Source of the DNA: an uncultured Verrucomicrobiae bacterium
GTDB taxonomy: Bacteria; Verrucomicrobiota; Verrucomicrobiia; Chthoniobacterales; Terrimicrobiaceae
Assembly: GCA_963706955.1 (NCBI GenBank)
Contig: CAVPOC010000007.1
Coordinates: 50,086 to 114,085, forward strand
Reading direction: 5' to 3'
Length of the DNA: 64,000 bases
The notes below the pieces were generated by a model, which saw only the letters and a list, made by a program, of their open reading frames with translations, was not told the DNA's origin and made no database searches. The translations under genes were made by a program, and so were the position numbers. The first letter of the stretch is position 1. Every line of letters starts with the position of its first letter. This document shows, one piece after another, positions 1 through 10,968 of this stretch.

Positions 1-305
1 TAGACATGCTTGCCCGCTTCCATGGCGACCAGCGCCGGCTCGACGTGTAAATTGTTCGGAGTGGTGATATCGATCACGTGGACGTTTGGATCTTCAATCA
101 TGCGCCTCCAATCGCCGTAGGCCTTTTCAAAGCCCAAGCGACGGCGCGATTGCTCGGCCAACGTGTCGTTCTGATCCGCAACTGCATACAAGACCGGTGT
201 GCAAGGCAGGTTGCGATAGAGAATGCCCGCCCTTCGATAAGCATCTGCATGCGCCTGCCCCATAAACCCGGACCCAATCAGTCCAATGTTTAGTGTCTTT
301 GACAT
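1..305 (-). CDS. Gfo/Idh/MocA family oxidoreductase (3' end runs off window)
   Basis: Manual translation from ATG at 305: MSKTLNIGLIGSGFMGQAHADAYRRA...DPNVHVIDITTPNNLHVEPALVAMEAGKHV. Rossmann GxGxxG and the typical TPxxxH...AGKHV motif. Not in ORF track because it has no stop in the window. Confidence 0.9.
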   Translation of the reverse strand, partial: MSKTLNIGLIGSGFMGQAHADAYRRAGILYRNLPCTPVLYAVADQNDTLAEQSRRRLGFEKAYGDWRRMIEDPNVHVIDITTPNNLHVEPALVAMEAGKHV

Positions 306-323
306 AGATTTTTTCGCCGGCGG

Positions 324-1238
324 TTAAAAGATCAGGTCCTTCGCAAAACGATACGCTTTTTCCGCATAAACCTTCGGGGTCGCCTTGGCCGGGTCTTGTT
401 CCGCTTCAACGATCACCCAGCCACGATAGCCCGAGTTCCGGACAAACTTTCCCAATTCGGAGAAGTCCACATCACCATCGCCGGGGACAGTGAAATATCC
501 CTCCCTGACTCCGGCGTTGAAGCTGGCATCACTTTCTAGAATTCGCTTGAGGACAGCTCGACGGACGTCTTTGAGGTGAATGTGCACGATGCGGCTGCCA
601 AATCGCCGAATAATTTCAGCGTAGTCCGCGCCCGCCGCGGTCGCATGGCCGGTGTCGAGCAGCAAGCCAACCGAATCCTTGGTGGCGTCGCAGAAAGCTG
701 CAATTTCGTCGGCCTTCTCCACCAGCATCATCAAGTGGTGGTGATAAGCAAAAACGAGTCCCTCTTCTTTCAGGCGCTCGGAGAAAACCTCCACCTTCCT
801 CGCGTAGGCCGGAAGATCGATCGATTTTAGCTCGGGACTCTGGCTCAACGGCAGGTTAAGGTCAGCGTTGCCCGGCATCTTGCCACATTCTCCATAGACG
901 AGGATGCTCGTTCCACATCCCTTGAGTAAGGCAATATGATCTGCGGCCGCCTTCCATTCTTCTTCCAATGACCGGTCCGCAAGGAATCCCGAATACCATC
1001 CAGCGGCCAAGACAAGGCCATATTCTGAGAGCTTCGCTCGCAACACCGCGGGATCTTTGGGAAACTTCCGCCCAAGCTCCACTCCTTTGTAGCCGATTTC
1101 CGATGCTTCGCGCAGACATTGCTCCAGTGGAATCTCGTCACCGAGATCGTGGAGCACATCGTTGGTCCAACTCAGCGGACTGATTCCCAACCGAACGCCA
1201 TCGAGAGATTTGTTCGAAGTTTCCGTCTTACTATTCAT
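324..1238 (-). CDS. iolE: myo-inosose-2 dehydratase
   Basis: LGISPLSWTND..DLG..IPLEQCL.EA..GY.GVELG.KFP, YHHH, LLDTGH, HLKD, FTVPGDG and VEAEQDP are IolE hallmarks. Confidence 0.9.
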   Translation of the reverse strand: MNSKTETSNKSLDGVRLGISPLSWTNDVLHDLGDEIPLEQCLREASEIGYKGVELGRKFPKDPAVLRAKLSEYGLVLAAGWYSGFLADRSLEEEWKAAADHIALLKGCGTSILVYGECGKMPGNADLNLPLSQSPELKSIDLPAYARKVEVFSERLKEEGLVFAYHHHLMMLVEKADEIAAFCDATKDSVGLLLDTGHATAAGADYAEIIRRFGSRIVHIHLKDVRRAVLKRILESDASFNAGVREGYFTVPGDGDVDFSELGKFVRNSGYRGWVIVEAEQDPAKATPKVYAEKAYRFAKDLIF

Positions 1239-1724
1239 AAAACAACTCTGTGGCGGTGCGTCTCCGTTGAGACAACTGGGGAACCGCTGGAGATTAGCCG
1301 CAGACGATGAGCTATTCGCTCACAAGCAACGGCGTGCTTCTCTTTTGCCAGTATTTCAGGCAACGAAGCAACCCATTTTCGGGCGCCGGACTCGGTTCTG
1401 GGTCAAAATCTCCGGGATCGTGTCAATCATTCATTCGTAAGCAATCCGTAAGTCGGCCGTCAAGGAAAGAATCCCAGATATTTCTGGCGGCACCAGCTGG
1501 AGGCGCAATCTGCCGCCTCGGTTCCCCATGGATCGCCGAGCGATTTATTCTATAGTAAGTATTTATGGTTAATTCATATGCGTATATACTACCGTTCTGC
1601 GTCGCGCCGCGGGCAATTTGAGATTGCTTTCTGCGATTTTCTCCTTGATCTTGCCTGAACGATTCGCAACTCTGCGCTTTCGCTTGAAAGCGAGCGTGCG
1701 ATTTTCCCCGAGAGACCAGCAGTT

Positions 1725-3195
1725 ATGACGACGACACTTTCTCTACAAGACTCCGATCTCTTTCGGCAGCAGGCATATATTGGCGGCCGCTGGTGCGACG
1801 CAGAGAGCGGGGCAACCATCGAGGTGAATAATCCTGCCACAGGAGAAATCATGGGAACGGTTCCGCGGATGGGCGCAAACGAGACCTGGCGTGCCATTGA
1901 GGCCGCAAAGGACGCTTTCAGCGACTGGAGCCAAAGACCTGCCAAGGAGCGAACCAACCTGATGCGCCGCTGGTATGATTTGATCATGGCGAACGTTGAC
2001 GATCTGGGTGCGCTGATGACTGCGGAGCAGGGCAAGCCCCTGGCCGAGGCCAAGGGCGAAGTGGCTTATGCCGCTTCCTTTATTGAATGGTTCGCCGAGG
2101 AGGCCAAGCGGGTCTACGGAGATGCGATCCCCTCGCCCTGGAAGGATCGCCGGCTTAGTGGTAATCAAACAGCCGATCGGCGTCTGTGCGGCGATGACGC
2201 CGTGGAATTTTCCGGCGGCCATGATCGCGCGGAAAGCCGGTCCGGCGCTGGCGGCTGGCTGTACAATGATCGCGAAACCGGCGAGCTCAACTCCCTATTC
2301 CGCTTTCGCGCTCGCGGTCCTGGCCGAGCGCGCCGGGATTCCCTCCGGAGTCCTGAACGTTGTCACTGGCGATTCCAAGGAGATCGGAGGGGAAATGACT
2401 TCGAATCCCGATGTCCGCAAGATCACCTTCACCGGGTCAACGGAAGTCGGCCGTTTGCTCATGAAGCAGAGCTCCTCCACAATAAAGAAGCTTTCCCTGG
2501 AGCTGGGCGGCAACGCTCCTTTCATTGTCTTCGACGACGCTGATTTGGATGCCGCAGTCGAAGGGGCGATTATCTCGAAATATCGCAACGCGGGCCAGAC
2601 CTGCGTTTGCGCGAATCGGTTATATGTCCAGGCGGGCGTGTATGATGCTTTTGCGGAGAAATTGGTCGCGGCGGTCGCGAAGCTTAAGGTGGGCAATGGC
2701 TTCGAGCCGGGAGTCCAACAGGGTCCTTTGATTGATAAAGCCGCCGTCGAAAAGGTGGAGGAACATATCGAGGATGCCGTTTCGAAAGGCGGCAACGTTC
2801 TGTTGGGCGGCAAGCGCCATGCCCTCGGCCAGACATTTTTTGAACCGACGGTGCTTGCCGGCGTCACTTCCCAAATGAAGGTGGCCAAGGAGGAAACCTT
2901 TGGCCCATTGGCTCCTCTCTTCCGGTTTGAAACCGACGAAGAAGGGCTCCAAATGGCCAATGACACGGAATTCGGCTTGGCCAGTTACTTCTTCAGTCGC
3001 GACGTCGGTCGGATTTGGCGCGCCGCCGAGGCACTGGACTCGGGCATGGTGGGAATCAATACCGGCTTGATCTCGAACGAGGTCGCGCCATTTGGTGGCG
3101 TTAAGCAGTCGGGGCTAGGCCGCGAAGGCTCCCACTACGGCATCGAAGAATTCCTCGAGATCAAATATCTCTGCTTCGGCGGCCTCGATAAGTAG
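1725..3195 (+). CDS. gabD: NAD(P)-dependent succinate-semialdehyde dehydrogenase, copy 1 (+1 frameshift near 2155, probably a sequencing error)
   Basis: ORFs 1725..2543 and 2068..3195 join at [13 protein letters not shown] into a protein colinear with the intact copy 2. Motifs [36 protein letters not shown]. Confidence 0.88.
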
Positions 3196-3206
3196 GCGCT
3201 GTGTAA

Positions 3207-4673
3207 ATGATCAAGTTCCCCCTACAAGACTCGGATCTCTTCCGGCAGCAGGCCTACATCGGGGGGAACTGGTGCGACGCGGAGAGCGGCGCGACTATCG
3301 AGGTAAACAATCCAGCCACTGGAGAGATCCTGGGCACAGTTCCGCGCATGGGGGCGAACGAAACCTGGCGCGCCATCGAGGCGGCCAAGGATGCCTTTGC
3401 CGACTGGAGTCGAAGACCGGCGAAGGAGCGAAGCAACCTGATGCGGGGTTGGTACGATTTGATCATGGCCAACGTGGACGATTTGGGAGCCCTGATGACG
3501 GCCGAGCAAGGCAAGCCGCTCGCTGAAGCCAAGGGAGAAGTTGCCTACGCGGCCTCCTTTATCGAATGGTTCGCCGAAGAAGCCAAGCGGGTCTACGGAG
3601 ATACGATCCCGTCGCCGTGGAAGGACCGCCGACTCGTCGTGATCAAGCAGCCCATTGGAGTTTGTGCAGCCATTACACCGTGGAATTTTCCAGCGGCGAT
3701 GATCGGTCGAAAAGCTGGCCCGGCGCTCGCCTCGGGATGTACCATGCTTGCCAAGCCGGCTGAATCCACACCGTTTTCCGCCTTGGCCCTGGCGGTGCTT
3801 GCTGAGCGAGCCGGCATCCCGGCAGGCGTCTTCAACGTTCTCACCGGGGAGGCCAAAGAAATTGGCGGGGAGATGACCTCCAACTCGGATGTCCGCAAGA
3901 TCACCTTTACCGGATCAACGGAGATCGGCCGTTTGCTCATCAAGCAAAGCGCCGACACCATCAAGAAGCTTTCGCTAGAACTCGGAGGCAATGCACCGTT
4001 TATCGTCTTTGACGACGCTGATCTCGACGCCGCGGTCGAGGGAGCAATTATTTCCAAGTACCGCAACGCCGGGCAAACCTGTGTTTGCGCGAACCGTATT
4101 TATGTTCAAGCCGGCGTTTATGATGCCTTCGCTGAAAAACTCGTGGCGGCGGTTGGAGAGCTGAAGGTTGGCAATGGATTTGACCCCGAGGTTCTCCAGG
4201 GACCGCTGATCGATTTTGCCGCCGTCGAGAAGGTTGAAGATCATATTCAGGATGCCGTCGCCAAGGGAGGCCGAGTTCTCCTTGGTGGCAAGCGACATGC
4301 CCTGGGTCAGACCTTTTTCGAACCCACCGTTCTCAGCGAGGTAACTTCCCAGATGAAGGTTGCCCGCGAGGAGACCTTCGGCCCTCTGGCGCCGCTTTTC
4401 CGCTTCGAGAGCGATGAAGAAGGCATTCAGATGGCCAACGACACCGAATTTGGTCTGGCGAGCTACTTTTACAGTCGAGACATCGGCCGCGCGTGGCGAG
4501 CCGCGGAAGCGTTGGAGTGCGGTATGGTCGGCATCAATACGGGACTGATTTCCAATGAAGTCGCCCCGTTCGGCGGAGTTAAACAATCGGGACTTGGACG
4601 CGAAGGTTCTCACTACGGCATGGATGACTTTTTGGAAATAAAGTACCTTTGCTTCGGCGGCCTCGAAACGTGA
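3207..4673 (+). CDS. gabD: NAD(P)-dependent succinate-semialdehyde dehydrogenase, copy 2
   Basis: Intact 488 aa ORF with [24 protein letters not shown] and [15 protein letters not shown]. Confidence 0.92.
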   Translation: MIKFPLQDSDLFRQQAYIGGNWCDAESGATIEVNNPATGEILGTVPRMGANETWRAIEAAKDAFADWSRRPAKERSNLMRGWYDLIMANVDDLGALMTAEQGKPLAEAKGEVAYAASFIEWFAEEAKRVYGDTIPSPWKDRRLVVIKQPIGVCAAITPWNFPAAMIGRKAGPALASGCTMLAKPAESTPFSALALAVLAERAGIPAGVFNVLTGEAKEIGGEMTSNSDVRKITFTGSTEIGRLLIKQSADTIKKLSLELGGNAPFIVFDDADLDAAVEGAIISKYRNAGQTCVCANRIYVQAGVYDAFAEKLVAAVGELKVGNGFDPEVLQGPLIDFAAVEKVEDHIQDAVAKGGRVLLGGKRHALGQTFFEPTVLSEVTSQMKVAREETFGPLAPLFRFESDEEGIQMANDTEFGLASYFYSRDIGRAWRAAEALECGMVGINTGLISNEVAPFGGVKQSGLGREGSHYGMDDFLEIKYLCFGGLET

Positions 4674-4738
4674 ACGTCCACTCTCACGAAGGCGTGGCCA
4701 CCTCGCTCAGCGGGACGTCGAAGCAAAGCGCGACCATC

Positions 4739-5581
4739 ATGAACAACCAACGGCGGACAAGGCGACTTGCCAAGACTTCCCGCGCGGAGCCGCCGTTGAC
4801 CATGGACGAACGCCGCGAAACCATTGTCGACTTCTTAAAAAAGGAAGCTAAGATCAGCGTCGAAGAGCTCTCCGGTAGACTTAAGGTTAGTCAAGTCACG
4901 ATCAGAAAGGACTTGGACAGCCTCGAGAAGCGAGGACTGATCGAGCGAAGTCATGGGAACGCCATCTTTTCGCAGCAGAGCCGATTTAATATTGCCTTCC
5001 TCGAGAAGCTGCAAATGCAAGCGCGGGAGAAGGACCTGATTGCCAAGGTTGCCGCCAGCTACGTTCACGAAGGAGATTCGATCATCCTGGACTCGGGAAC
5101 AACCACCCTCTCGCTGGCGAAGGCTTTGGTCGGAAGGTTCAAATCCCTCTTCGTCATTACTAACTCAGTTCCGGCCGCTCTGGAATTAACCAAGGCCGGA
5201 TACGATCTTCTCTTGGTCGGCGGGCAGGTGCGTAAACATAGTTTGTCGCTCCTCGGCCCTTGGGCGGTCAAAAATCTCGAAAGCTATCATGTCGACCGAG
5301 CATTTATGGGAACTTCGGGCATCACCCTGGCACATGGATTTAGCACCCCCGATTCATTGGACGCTCAGATGAAACAGACAATGATCCGGATTTCCGATAA
5401 GGCTTATGTTCTCACAGATTCGTCGAAGTTCGGTCACAATTGCATGGTTAGTTTCGCTAAGTGCTCAGAGATCCATCTAACACTTACGGATTCGCGCCTT
5501 CCGCAAAGGCTTCTCAAGGAATTTAAGCAACAGGGAGTCGATATTCGGATTGTCAGCGCCAACTCCAACTCTGAGCATTAG
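4739..5581 (+). CDS. DeoR/GlpR family transcriptional regulator
   Basis: ERR..I...L.....ISVEELS..LKVS.VTIRKDL HTH, plus DSGTTT and DSSKFG in the sensor domain. Start is 4739 or 4802. Confidence 0.92.
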   Translation: MNNQRRTRRLAKTSRAEPPLTMDERRETIVDFLKKEAKISVEELSGRLKVSQVTIRKDLDSLEKRGLIERSHGNAIFSQQSRFNIAFLEKLQMQAREKDLIAKVAASYVHEGDSIILDSGTTTLSLAKALVGRFKSLFVITNSVPAALELTKAGYDLLLVGGQVRKHSLSLLGPWAVKNLESYHVDRAFMGTSGITLAHGFSTPDSLDAQMKQTMIRISDKAYVLTDSSKFGHNCMVSFAKCSEIHLTLTDSRLPQRLLKEFKQQGVDIRIVSANSNSEH

Positions 5582-6023
5582 TTATGCAAAAGCTTAGAAC
5601 ACCATCTGGGATTGGCGAAGCTGCCCCGTCTCCACAAGCGTTCGACGCCAGGTCGAGAAAGTCACTGCCACGAAATCGACCGCGCCGTCTCTTACACGGA
5701 ACTGCCGTGGCCGGTCCCGAGCCGCTCGCCGGGCCCGTTTCGTCTCTGATTTTTCACACCCTGAAGCTCTTCCCGATGAACCTTCAATTAGCGCCGCGCA
5801 ATATTAGCTCGGCGGCATTTTTCACCATTATATTCTTGCATAGATGAAATCGATGGCTTACGAGTCCCCCCAGAGGCTAGCTGAGCAGCGATCGGCCGCC
5901 GGGCATGTGTCCCCGGGAGTCGAGAGCTGGTCTTCAGTCTTTCAACAAGAAAGTCCCCAGGAAATCACAAACACTTACCCGCCCGCAGAGTCCGGGCGTT
6001 TACACTGCAGGAGAATACACCAA

Positions 6024-6944
6024 ATGAAACGCTTAGTAATGGCCCTGGCCGCTATCGCCCTTATGATGACTGCCGCGATCGCACAGAACGTCGGAGTGTC
6101 GATGGCTTATTTCGACGACCTTTTCCTCACCAATCTTCGTGAGGCGATGTCGGCACAGGCAAAGCAAGCAGGAGTAAAGCTTCAATTCGAGGACGCCCAA
6201 GGCGACATCGGCAAGCAACTCAGTCAGATTCAAAACTTCATCGCCCAGAAGGTCGATGTGATCGTGGTCAACCCCGTCGATAGCTCGGCGACCGCTCAGA
6301 TGACCAAACTGCTCAAAGATGCGAAGATCCCGGCGGTTTACGTGAATCGGCAGCCGCTCGAGCCGCTCGATCCTAATGATCCGATCGTCTATGTGGGCTC
6401 GGACGAAAACGTGTCAGGGAAGCTCGAGGGTGAGGCAATCGCCAAACTTCTTAAGGGCAAAGGCAATGTCGTCATTATGATGGGCGAGCTCGCCACCCAG
6501 GCGGCCGCGCTGCGCACCGAAGGCGTCGAAAAGGTCTTCGCCCAACACCCTGAGATAAAGGTCGTGCAAAAGCAGACCGCCAACTGGCGCCGCAACGAGG
6601 CCATCGACCTCATGAACAACTGGCTGGTGGCGGGCACCAAGATTGATGCGGTCGCCGCGAACAACGACGAAATGGCCATCGGAGCTATTATCGCTTTGCA
6701 ACAGGCGGGCAAGGATCCGAAGAGCATGGTTATCGGCGGCGTTGATGCGACTACTGACGCCCTCAAAGAAATGGAGAAGGGCAATTTGGCAGTGACCGTT
6801 TTCCAAGATGCCAAGGGGCAAGGCAAAGCGGTGGTTGATTCTGCCGTCAAGCTCAAGAAGGGCGAAAAGTTCGAGTCTCCTTACGTCTACATCCCCTTCC
6901 AATTGGTTACACAGGAGAACTACAAGGAGTTCCTGAACAAGTAA
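6024..6944 (+). CDS. sugar (inositol/rhizopine-type) ABC transporter substrate-binding protein
   Basis: RBS CAGGAGA, then signal peptide MKRLVMALAAIALMMTAAIA; FDD.FLT.LR, EDAQGD..KQLSQIQNFIAQKVD, ANNDEMAIGA. Confidence 0.9.
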   Translation: MKRLVMALAAIALMMTAAIAQNVGVSMAYFDDLFLTNLREAMSAQAKQAGVKLQFEDAQGDIGKQLSQIQNFIAQKVDVIVVNPVDSSATAQMTKLLKDAKIPAVYVNRQPLEPLDPNDPIVYVGSDENVSGKLEGEAIAKLLKGKGNVVIMMGELATQAAALRTEGVEKVFAQHPEIKVVQKQTANWRRNEAIDLMNNWLVAGTKIDAVAANNDEMAIGAIIALQQAGKDPKSMVIGGVDATTDALKEMEKGNLAVTVFQDAKGQGKAVVDSAVKLKKGEKFESPYVYIPFQLVTQENYKEFLNK

Positions 6945-6953
6945 GGCTGTTTA

Positions 6954-6979
6954 GCTGCGCCGCCGCAAGGCGGCGCAGC
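6954..6979 (+). promoter_or_regulatory. perfect 11-bp GC hairpin with GCAA tetraloop between the binding-protein and ATPase genes (likely mRNA-stabilising)
   Basis: GCTGCGCCGCC-GCAA-GGCGGCGCAGC, no U-tract. Confidence 0.7.
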
Positions 6980-7017
6980 CTCCTGCGCTCATCAACATCT
7001 AAACGGAGAGTTACGCC

Positions 7018-8577
7018 ATGTCGCCCTCAGCTCCTCAGGAACCTTTCAACGCGACCCAAGTTGCAGGGGTGGTGTTGCCGGACGCTCCTTACCTCCTTGA
7101 GGCCGAGGGGGTCCGTAAAGAATTCCCGGGCGTCGTCGCGCTCGATGGAGTCAGGCTGCAGATTCGTCCGGGAACCGTCCATGCGTTGATGGGTGAAAAT
7201 GGCGCCGGCAAATCGACGCTGATGAAGATCATCGCCGGCGTTTATCAGCCGGACACCGGGGAAATTCGCCTGAAAGGCAAACCGGTAAAACTCACGACGC
7301 CCCTGGCCGCGCTGGATGCGGGAATCGCAATGATTCACCAGGAGTTGAACCTGATGCCTTACATGACCGTGGCCGAAAACGTCTGGATTCGGCGCGAGCC
7401 GATGAAGGGCCTCGGATTTATGGACTTCGTGGATCATGCGGAGATGCGCCGAATGACCGAGCATCTGTTTCGCCGCTTGAACATCGACATCGATCCGGAA
7501 ATCGAAGTTCGGTATCTTACGGTTGCCAATCGGCAGATCGTCGAGATTGCTAAGGCGGTCTCTTTCGAATCCGACATTCTGATCATGGATGAGCCCACTT
7601 CCGCGCTGACCGAGCGCGAAGTCGAACATCTCTTCGCGATCATTGCGGACCTCAAGGCCCATGGCGTCGGTATCGTCTACATCACCCACAAGATGGATGA
7701 GGTCTTCGAGATTGCCGACGACGTCTCCGTCTTCCGCGATGGTCGCTACATTGCCACTCATCGGGCGAAAGACATCAACCGTGAGATCCTGATAAAAGAA
7801 ATGGTCGGTCGCGACCTCGACGCCATGTTCCCCAAGGAAATTGTCCCGATCGGCGACGTGGCTCTCTCGGTGAAGAACCTTACGCTTGAGGGCGTTTTTC
7901 GTGATATCTCCTTCGACCTCCGCAAGGGGGAGATTCTGGGTTTAGCCGGGCTGGTCGGGGCAGGGCGAACCAACGTCGCCGAGACGATCTTCGGAGTTAC
8001 CCCAGCCACCGGAGGAGAGATCTTCGTCAATGGCAAGAAATTGGTCGTTGATTCTCCGCACACGGGCATGCACGCAGGAATGGCGTTCTTGACTGAGGAC
8101 CGCAAGGACACAGGTTGCTTCTTGGTCCTCTCCGTGCTTGAGAACATGGAAATCGCAGTCCTGATGGACCGCTACGTCAAGGGTGGATTCGTCAACCAGG
8201 CGGACGTAAATTCAGAATGCGAAAAGCTTAAGAGCGTTCTTAGAATCAAGACGCCCAATCTCCATGAACGCATCGAGAACCTGAGCGGTGGCAATCAGCA
8301 AAAAGCTTTGATTGGACGCTGGCTGCTGACTACGCCGAAGATCCTGATCCTCGATGAGCCCACCCGCGGGATCGACGTGGGGGCTAAAGCTGAAATCCAC
8401 AGGTTGATCTCGAAGCTGGCCGGGGAGGGTCTCGCGGTGATTATGATTTCTTCCGAAATGCCGGAAATCCTTGGAATGAGCGATCGAATTATGGTGATGC
8501 ACGACGGCCACGTTACCGGTTTTCTGGACCGAGCCGAGGCCGATCAGGTCAAGATCATGCACCTCGCCTCCGGCTGA
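7018..8577 (+). CDS. sugar ABC transporter ATP-binding protein (CUT2, two ATPase domains)
   Basis: [39 protein letters not shown]. Confidence 0.95.
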   Translation: MSPSAPQEPFNATQVAGVVLPDAPYLLEAEGVRKEFPGVVALDGVRLQIRPGTVHALMGENGAGKSTLMKIIAGVYQPDTGEIRLKGKPVKLTTPLAALDAGIAMIHQELNLMPYMTVAENVWIRREPMKGLGFMDFVDHAEMRRMTEHLFRRLNIDIDPEIEVRYLTVANRQIVEIAKAVSFESDILIMDEPTSALTEREVEHLFAIIADLKAHGVGIVYITHKMDEVFEIADDVSVFRDGRYIATHRAKDINREILIKEMVGRDLDAMFPKEIVPIGDVALSVKNLTLEGVFRDISFDLRKGEILGLAGLVGAGRTNVAETIFGVTPATGGEIFVNGKKLVVDSPHTGMHAGMAFLTEDRKDTGCFLVLSVLENMEIAVLMDRYVKGGFVNQADVNSECEKLKSVLRIKTPNLHERIENLSGGNQQKALIGRWLLTTPKILILDEPTRGIDVGAKAEIHRLISKLAGEGLAVIMISSEMPEILGMSDRIMVMHDGHVTGFLDRAEADQVKIMHLASG

Positions 8578-8642
8578 TTAATGGACCCAAGTCGGACGAA
8601 TCAGGATAACGCAGCAATACCGATGAAATTGGAGGAACAGTA

Positions 8643-9689
8643 ATGAGCAACGAGGTCAAAACTCAGGTGGGCCAGGAGGTAAGTGCCACTGCGCCTCCGG
8701 AACGAAAACGAGAGGGCCGTAAGCTGCCCGCCGAAGCGGGCATACTGTTCATTCTGATCGGTATTGCGGTGCTCTTTGAAATCATGGGCTGGGTCTTTAA
8801 GGGTGACACGTTTCTGTTCAATCCCCAGCGGCTGTTTATCATCGTTCTTCAGGTTTCGGTCGTTGGCTTGCTTGCCATTGCGGTGACCCAAGTGATTATC
8901 ACGGGAGGCATCGATCTATCTTCCGGATCTGTCCTGGCGATCTCCGCAATGGTCGCGGCAAGTTTCGCTCAGACGCCTGAGAACACCCGTGCCGTTTATC
9001 CAGCGCTAACCAATCTCCCCTTCGTAATTCCACTGCTCGCGGGTTTATGCGTGGGTATTTTAGCGGGATTAGTTAACGGCAGCTTGATTGCTAAAACAGG
9101 GATTCCTCCTTTCATCGCGACCCTCGGCATGATGGTGGCGGCCCGTGGACTTGCGCGGGCTTACACCGGGGGCCAACCCGTCAGCATGCTTTCTCCAAAG
9201 TTTACCTGGATCGGATCCGGGTACATGCCGGTGATTATTTTCCTGGTGACCGCGCTCATATTCCACATTGCGCTGAAGTATACCCGATACGGTAAATTCA
9301 CTTATGCCATTGGAGCGAACCCGCAGGCGGCGCGCGTCTCTGGTATCAATGTCGGGCGCCATCTGATCGTTGTTTACTCGATTGCGGGCCTGCTTTCAGG
9401 ACTCGCCGGAGTCGTAACTGCAGCTCGCGCGTCCACTGGTCAAGCAGGCATGGGACTGGGTTATGAACTCGATGCCATCGCTGCAACCGTCATCGGCGGC
9501 ACGAGCCTTACTGGTGGGATTGGCCGCATCGGCGGGACCGTCATCGGCATGGTGATTCTCGGCATCATGACGAGCGGATTCACGTTTCTCGGTGTAGACG
9601 TCTATTACCAGGATATCGTGAAGGGCGTGATCATCGTCGCTGCGGTCTCCGCCGACATGTATCGCCAGCGCAAGCGCAGGAAGGCTTAG
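8643..9689 (+). CDS. sugar ABC transporter permease (RbsC-like)
   Basis: [46 protein letters not shown]. Confidence 0.95.
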   Translation: MSNEVKTQVGQEVSATAPPERKREGRKLPAEAGILFILIGIAVLFEIMGWVFKGDTFLFNPQRLFIIVLQVSVVGLLAIAVTQVIITGGIDLSSGSVLAISAMVAASFAQTPENTRAVYPALTNLPFVIPLLAGLCVGILAGLVNGSLIAKTGIPPFIATLGMMVAARGLARAYTGGQPVSMLSPKFTWIGSGYMPVIIFLVTALIFHIALKYTRYGKFTYAIGANPQAARVSGINVGRHLIVVYSIAGLLSGLAGVVTAARASTGQAGMGLGYELDAIAATVIGGTSLTGGIGRIGGTVIGMVILGIMTSGFTFLGVDVYYQDIVKGVIIVAAVSADMYRQRKRRKA

Positions 9690-9784
9690 CCTCGAACGAT
9701 TCTGCGGCAGCCGCTGCACTCGCCGGAGTGGGCAGGCGCGTTCGCGAATGACTTGTCTTCGACCGAGCAACGCACGATCCATCT

Positions 9785-10951
9785 ATGCCAGCTAGTCTTC
9801 AGAGAAAAGTAAGAGTGGGAATGATTGGGGGCGGACCGGGCGCATTCATCGGCGGCTCGCATCGGATCGCCATGCGTCTCGATGATCGCTATCAACTCGT
9901 CGCCGGTGTCTTCTCGCGAAATCGTGAAAAGTCCCTGGCCGCTGCACGCGAGCTCGGGATTTCTGAAGATCGCGTCTACCCAGATTATGAAACCATGGCC
10001 ACGCGCGAGACGGAACGCGAGGACGGAGTCGATGCGGTGGCCATTGTCACGCCGACCGACAGTCACTACAAAATCGCGAAAAAGCTGCTCGAAGCCGGGC
10101 TCAATGTAATTTGCGATAAGCCCCTCTGCCTCTCGGTGGTGGAAGCAAGGGAATTGCAAGCTCTCGCCGAAAAGGGCGAACTAATTCTTTGCCTGACGCA
10201 CAACTACTCGGGTTACGCCATGGTGCGCCACGCTGCGCGCCTGGTTCGAAATGGCGACCTCGGAGAGGTCAAGATGGTTCAAGTGGAACACGCTTCCGGT
10301 TGGGCAGCCAAGCTACTGGAAAAACAGGGCCACACCCAGGCTGCCTGGAGAATGGATCCAGCCTTGGGTGGCGAGGCGAGCGTTCTCTACGATTTGGGAA
10401 CCCACGCGCATCAGTTGGCGCGCTTTATAACAGGTCTGGAAGTTTCGGAAGTGGCCGCTGAATTGAGCAAAGTGGTTGCCGGTCGGGAGATCAATGATAA
10501 CGCCAACGTGCTTTTGCGCTTTACGAACGGCGCTCGCGGTAGCCTCTGGGTAACGATGGCCGCAGTCGGCAACGAACACGGACTTCGTATTCGTGTCTAT
10601 GGAGAACGCGGCAGCCTCTTCTGGCATCAAGAGGACCCTCACCATCTGCTCTTCTCCCCGATCGACGGCCCCCCACGGATTCTCGCGCAAGGCGCCGAAT
10701 GGCTTTCCCCAGATGCCGCCAAATGGACCCGCGCAGGTCTTGGGCATCCGGAGGGCTTTTTCGAAGCGTTCGCCAACCTCTACACCGAGGTTGCCGACGC
10801 CTTGCTCGCCAAAGCAGAAGGGCGGCCAGTCGCGAAAGCAGAGTTGGGATTTCCCGACGCTTCCGATGGCCTCAAAGGGGTCGCCTTTGTCGAGGCGGCG
10901 ATGCGCTCTTATGCGGCTGGGGGCGCATGGACTGCGTTAGAAACCAACTAA
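9785..10951 (+). CDS. Gfo/Idh/MocA family oxidoreductase
   Basis: GMIGGGPGAFIG..HR.A.RLD, VICDKP, DLGTHA, GHPEGFFEAFANLY. Confidence 0.9.
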   Translation: MPASLQRKVRVGMIGGGPGAFIGGSHRIAMRLDDRYQLVAGVFSRNREKSLAAARELGISEDRVYPDYETMATRETEREDGVDAVAIVTPTDSHYKIAKKLLEAGLNVICDKPLCLSVVEARELQALAEKGELILCLTHNYSGYAMVRHAARLVRNGDLGEVKMVQVEHASGWAAKLLEKQGHTQAAWRMDPALGGEASVLYDLGTHAHQLARFITGLEVSEVAAELSKVVAGREINDNANVLLRFTNGARGSLWVTMAAVGNEHGLRIRVYGERGSLFWHQEDPHHLLFSPIDGPPRILAQGAEWLSPDAAKWTRAGLGHPEGFFEAFANLYTEVADALLAKAEGRPVAKAELGFPDASDGLKGVAFVEAAMRSYAAGGAWTALETN

Positions 10952-10968
10952 AAACTAATACTCGCAAT

